A stretch of DNA of 64,000 bases from Lepidodermella squamata. Lineage: Eukaryota; Animalia; Gastrotricha. Each line of letters starts with the position of its first letter. Within the stretch, counting starts at the first letter, position 1. The stretch spans positions 1,302,001 to 1,366,000 of the forward strand of contig JBLDXI010000046.1 of NCBI GenBank assembly GCA_047495785.1, written 5' to 3'. The notes beneath the pieces were generated by a model. That model was not told where the DNA came from. It searched no databases and saw nothing but the letters and a program-made list of their open reading frames with translations. The translations under genes were made by a program, and so were the position numbers. Shown here one piece after another: positions 61,951-64,000 of this stretch.

Positions 61951-63663
61951 TTATTGAACCTGAGAGAAAAACACGGCATTAATGACGAGAAAAGCGGTTA
62001 GCGTTGTCAGAAATGCGATGAAGTCTAATAGATTGATCAAAGCTGTTCGGTAATACGTTGAAACTTCAACAATTCTCCCGTAAATTTCGCATCGCTCGCT
62101 GATCATGCGGCATGAGAAAAGTGTCCACACGGTGACAGCGACGGAAACTGCGTTGTGAACTTCGTAGTAGATGATTATGTACATAACTTCAGATGTTTGC
62201 GGGATCGAGCCCATTATCGCGGATTGTAGAAAGATAAAAGCGAGAAATACTGTTACGGTGAAGCTAGCCCTATCCGGCATTTCCGCCGGCATGGCGAATA
62301 CACTCATTATCAGAATTTCTAACAGAACAGTTGGAGCTATGAACTGGCTGACAAAATAGGCCGAGTTGCGTTTGAAGGCGAATCGAAATTTGATAGAATT
62401 ATACATGCTCATGACTTCGACTTGATCTTTGACTGGAATCTCCTGCCAGATATCAACTTCGTTCACTAGTTTCAATCCTTCGAGGCGCAACTGGCTGGAT
62501 TTGTCGCTGAAGCTAACTTTGGGGAAACAGTCGTCGTAGCATTCATAGGCATTTATCACGACTTCGCAGGTTTGAATGTCGAAAGGATACCTGTAAAATT
62601 AACATAGGAATGATAGGGTAGATAAGATTTAAGGCGGAACTTTACTTGACAAAGGATAGTTTGCAGCCTACATCGTATTTATTCGAATAACTCAGGACAG
62701 CAAAGCCTTCCTTCTTCACCAGAACCCTGCCTTCTCTGAAAATCAAAATAAATTATTAAATTATTAAAATATTATAAAAAAATTAAAATTCGTGACGAGG
62801 AAAGTTTGACAAAATCCATGTTAAAAAACTAAAACTAATTAAATTTCAGAATTTGAAATTTTTTAAATTTCAAACTTCGAAAATCATAATTTCAAAAATT
62901 CTGAAATTTCAACCAGCATTTGGCTGGTTGATCCCTGATTCTCCAGCGAATTTACAGAATTTTTCCAGTTTTACATAATTCTTGATTTTTTGCTGACATT
63001 GGATAGCTGTAGGTTAATTAGGACGCTCATTTGCATAAGCGACGGCATTGTGAGTTCCAACAATATTCACCCTCAAATTTGGGTCAAATTTTGAAGAAAA
63101 TTAATTAGCTATTTTTGTTCGGCAAATCACTTGCAAACCAAATGATATAGTCCTCGATATAGTCAACATTACAAATTATTAATTATTAAGCTAAATTAAT
63201 CAAAATTTTCATTGAACTCTTACTGCTGAAAGGGGGTATAAATGTCTCCCACTCCGTTCCAGATTGCCAAACTAGGTCGCCAGATTCTATGAGTCGAATA
63301 CCAGCATTCCGATATCAGATGCGAATACGTTAAGCTGTCGTTCCACCTGGCACATGGCGGAAGTTGCCATTGAAATTCAAACGTCGCCTGTAAGCTCAAT
63401 TTCTGCTGCAGATCATCGAGAGTTACAAAGTCGAACGGAATCATCGAAACTGTCACTTCAACTTTAGTCGACTCATTCGGAGCCGGGCGGGCTGTGTGGC
63501 TGTTCAAATACGGGCATGTCGTAGCCAGGTTGTTGCAGAACAAGTCGGAAAACGCCTGCTGACCGATCGGGTATGTTCGGCTGTTGTAGAACGGGTCGCC
63601 GATTGTCGAACAGACGACCCATTTGATCATCACAAATCGAATTATTTCAGAAAAAATTCGCAT
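61951..63663 (-). CDS. Divergent Cys-loop ligand-gated ion channel subunit b (tandem paralog), 3 exons (63663-63224, 62735-62646, 62590-61951), 389 aa
   Basis: Exon lengths identical to copy a (440/90/640), near-identical TM region and YPFDIQTC. Confidence 0.9.
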
Positions 63664-64000
63664 TTTTAGTAGGTAAATTTCAATAATATTGCCAACGTCA
63701 GATATAATTTGATTAAATAAAATGTCAGGGTTTGTTTGTTTTTAATACAGAAAATTTCTCGAGGGATATGGAACGCGATCGCTTTCCTGCGCCGGAACAA
63801 GGTTATTGTGTTTGTTTTATAATTCATTAAAAATTGGGTAATAAAATCAGCGCCAGGCCTATACAGCAATTTTCAATAAAAAATTGATGAAAACGAAAAA
63901 CGAAATAAAATTGCAATAAAATTGCAGACGTCAGATAATAAATCGATTTTATTGTCAACATGGACTTGGGAAATCAGGATAACGAAAATCCAGATCCAGC

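Overview
AT-rich, gene-dense invertebrate animal genomic DNA with GT-AG introns, many only 45-60 nt, and TTAGGG-type repeats; there are no prokaryotic features. An acoel or similar worm is a weak impression, not a finding. Hand-splicing gives these genes: a claudin-like gene, three paralogous orphan 7TM receptors, a GPI-anchored Cys-rich protein, GET4, an intronless 779-aa TPR/helical orphan, four tandem alpha-carbonic anhydrases, a GRAF/OPHN1-type BAR-PH-RhoGAP-SH3 gene with a duplicated (probably mutually exclusive) exon, a single-pass Venus-flytrap receptor, two FAAH amidases, a TPR protein, a PAN-CAP secreted protein and two divergent Cys-loop channels. Mobile DNA comprises a 5'-truncated RTE-like LINE with target-site duplication, MITEs and a foldback element with a telomeric core. 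The top candidate for an undescribed system is the 10-exon, 542-aa gene at 36817-39049 (-), which fuses a NEK-like pseudokinase in frame, within one exon, to a zinc-competent alpha-carbonic anhydrase. It heads a CA array whose members carry different N-terminal modules, including mitochondrial-type presequences and one CA V-like Tyr64.
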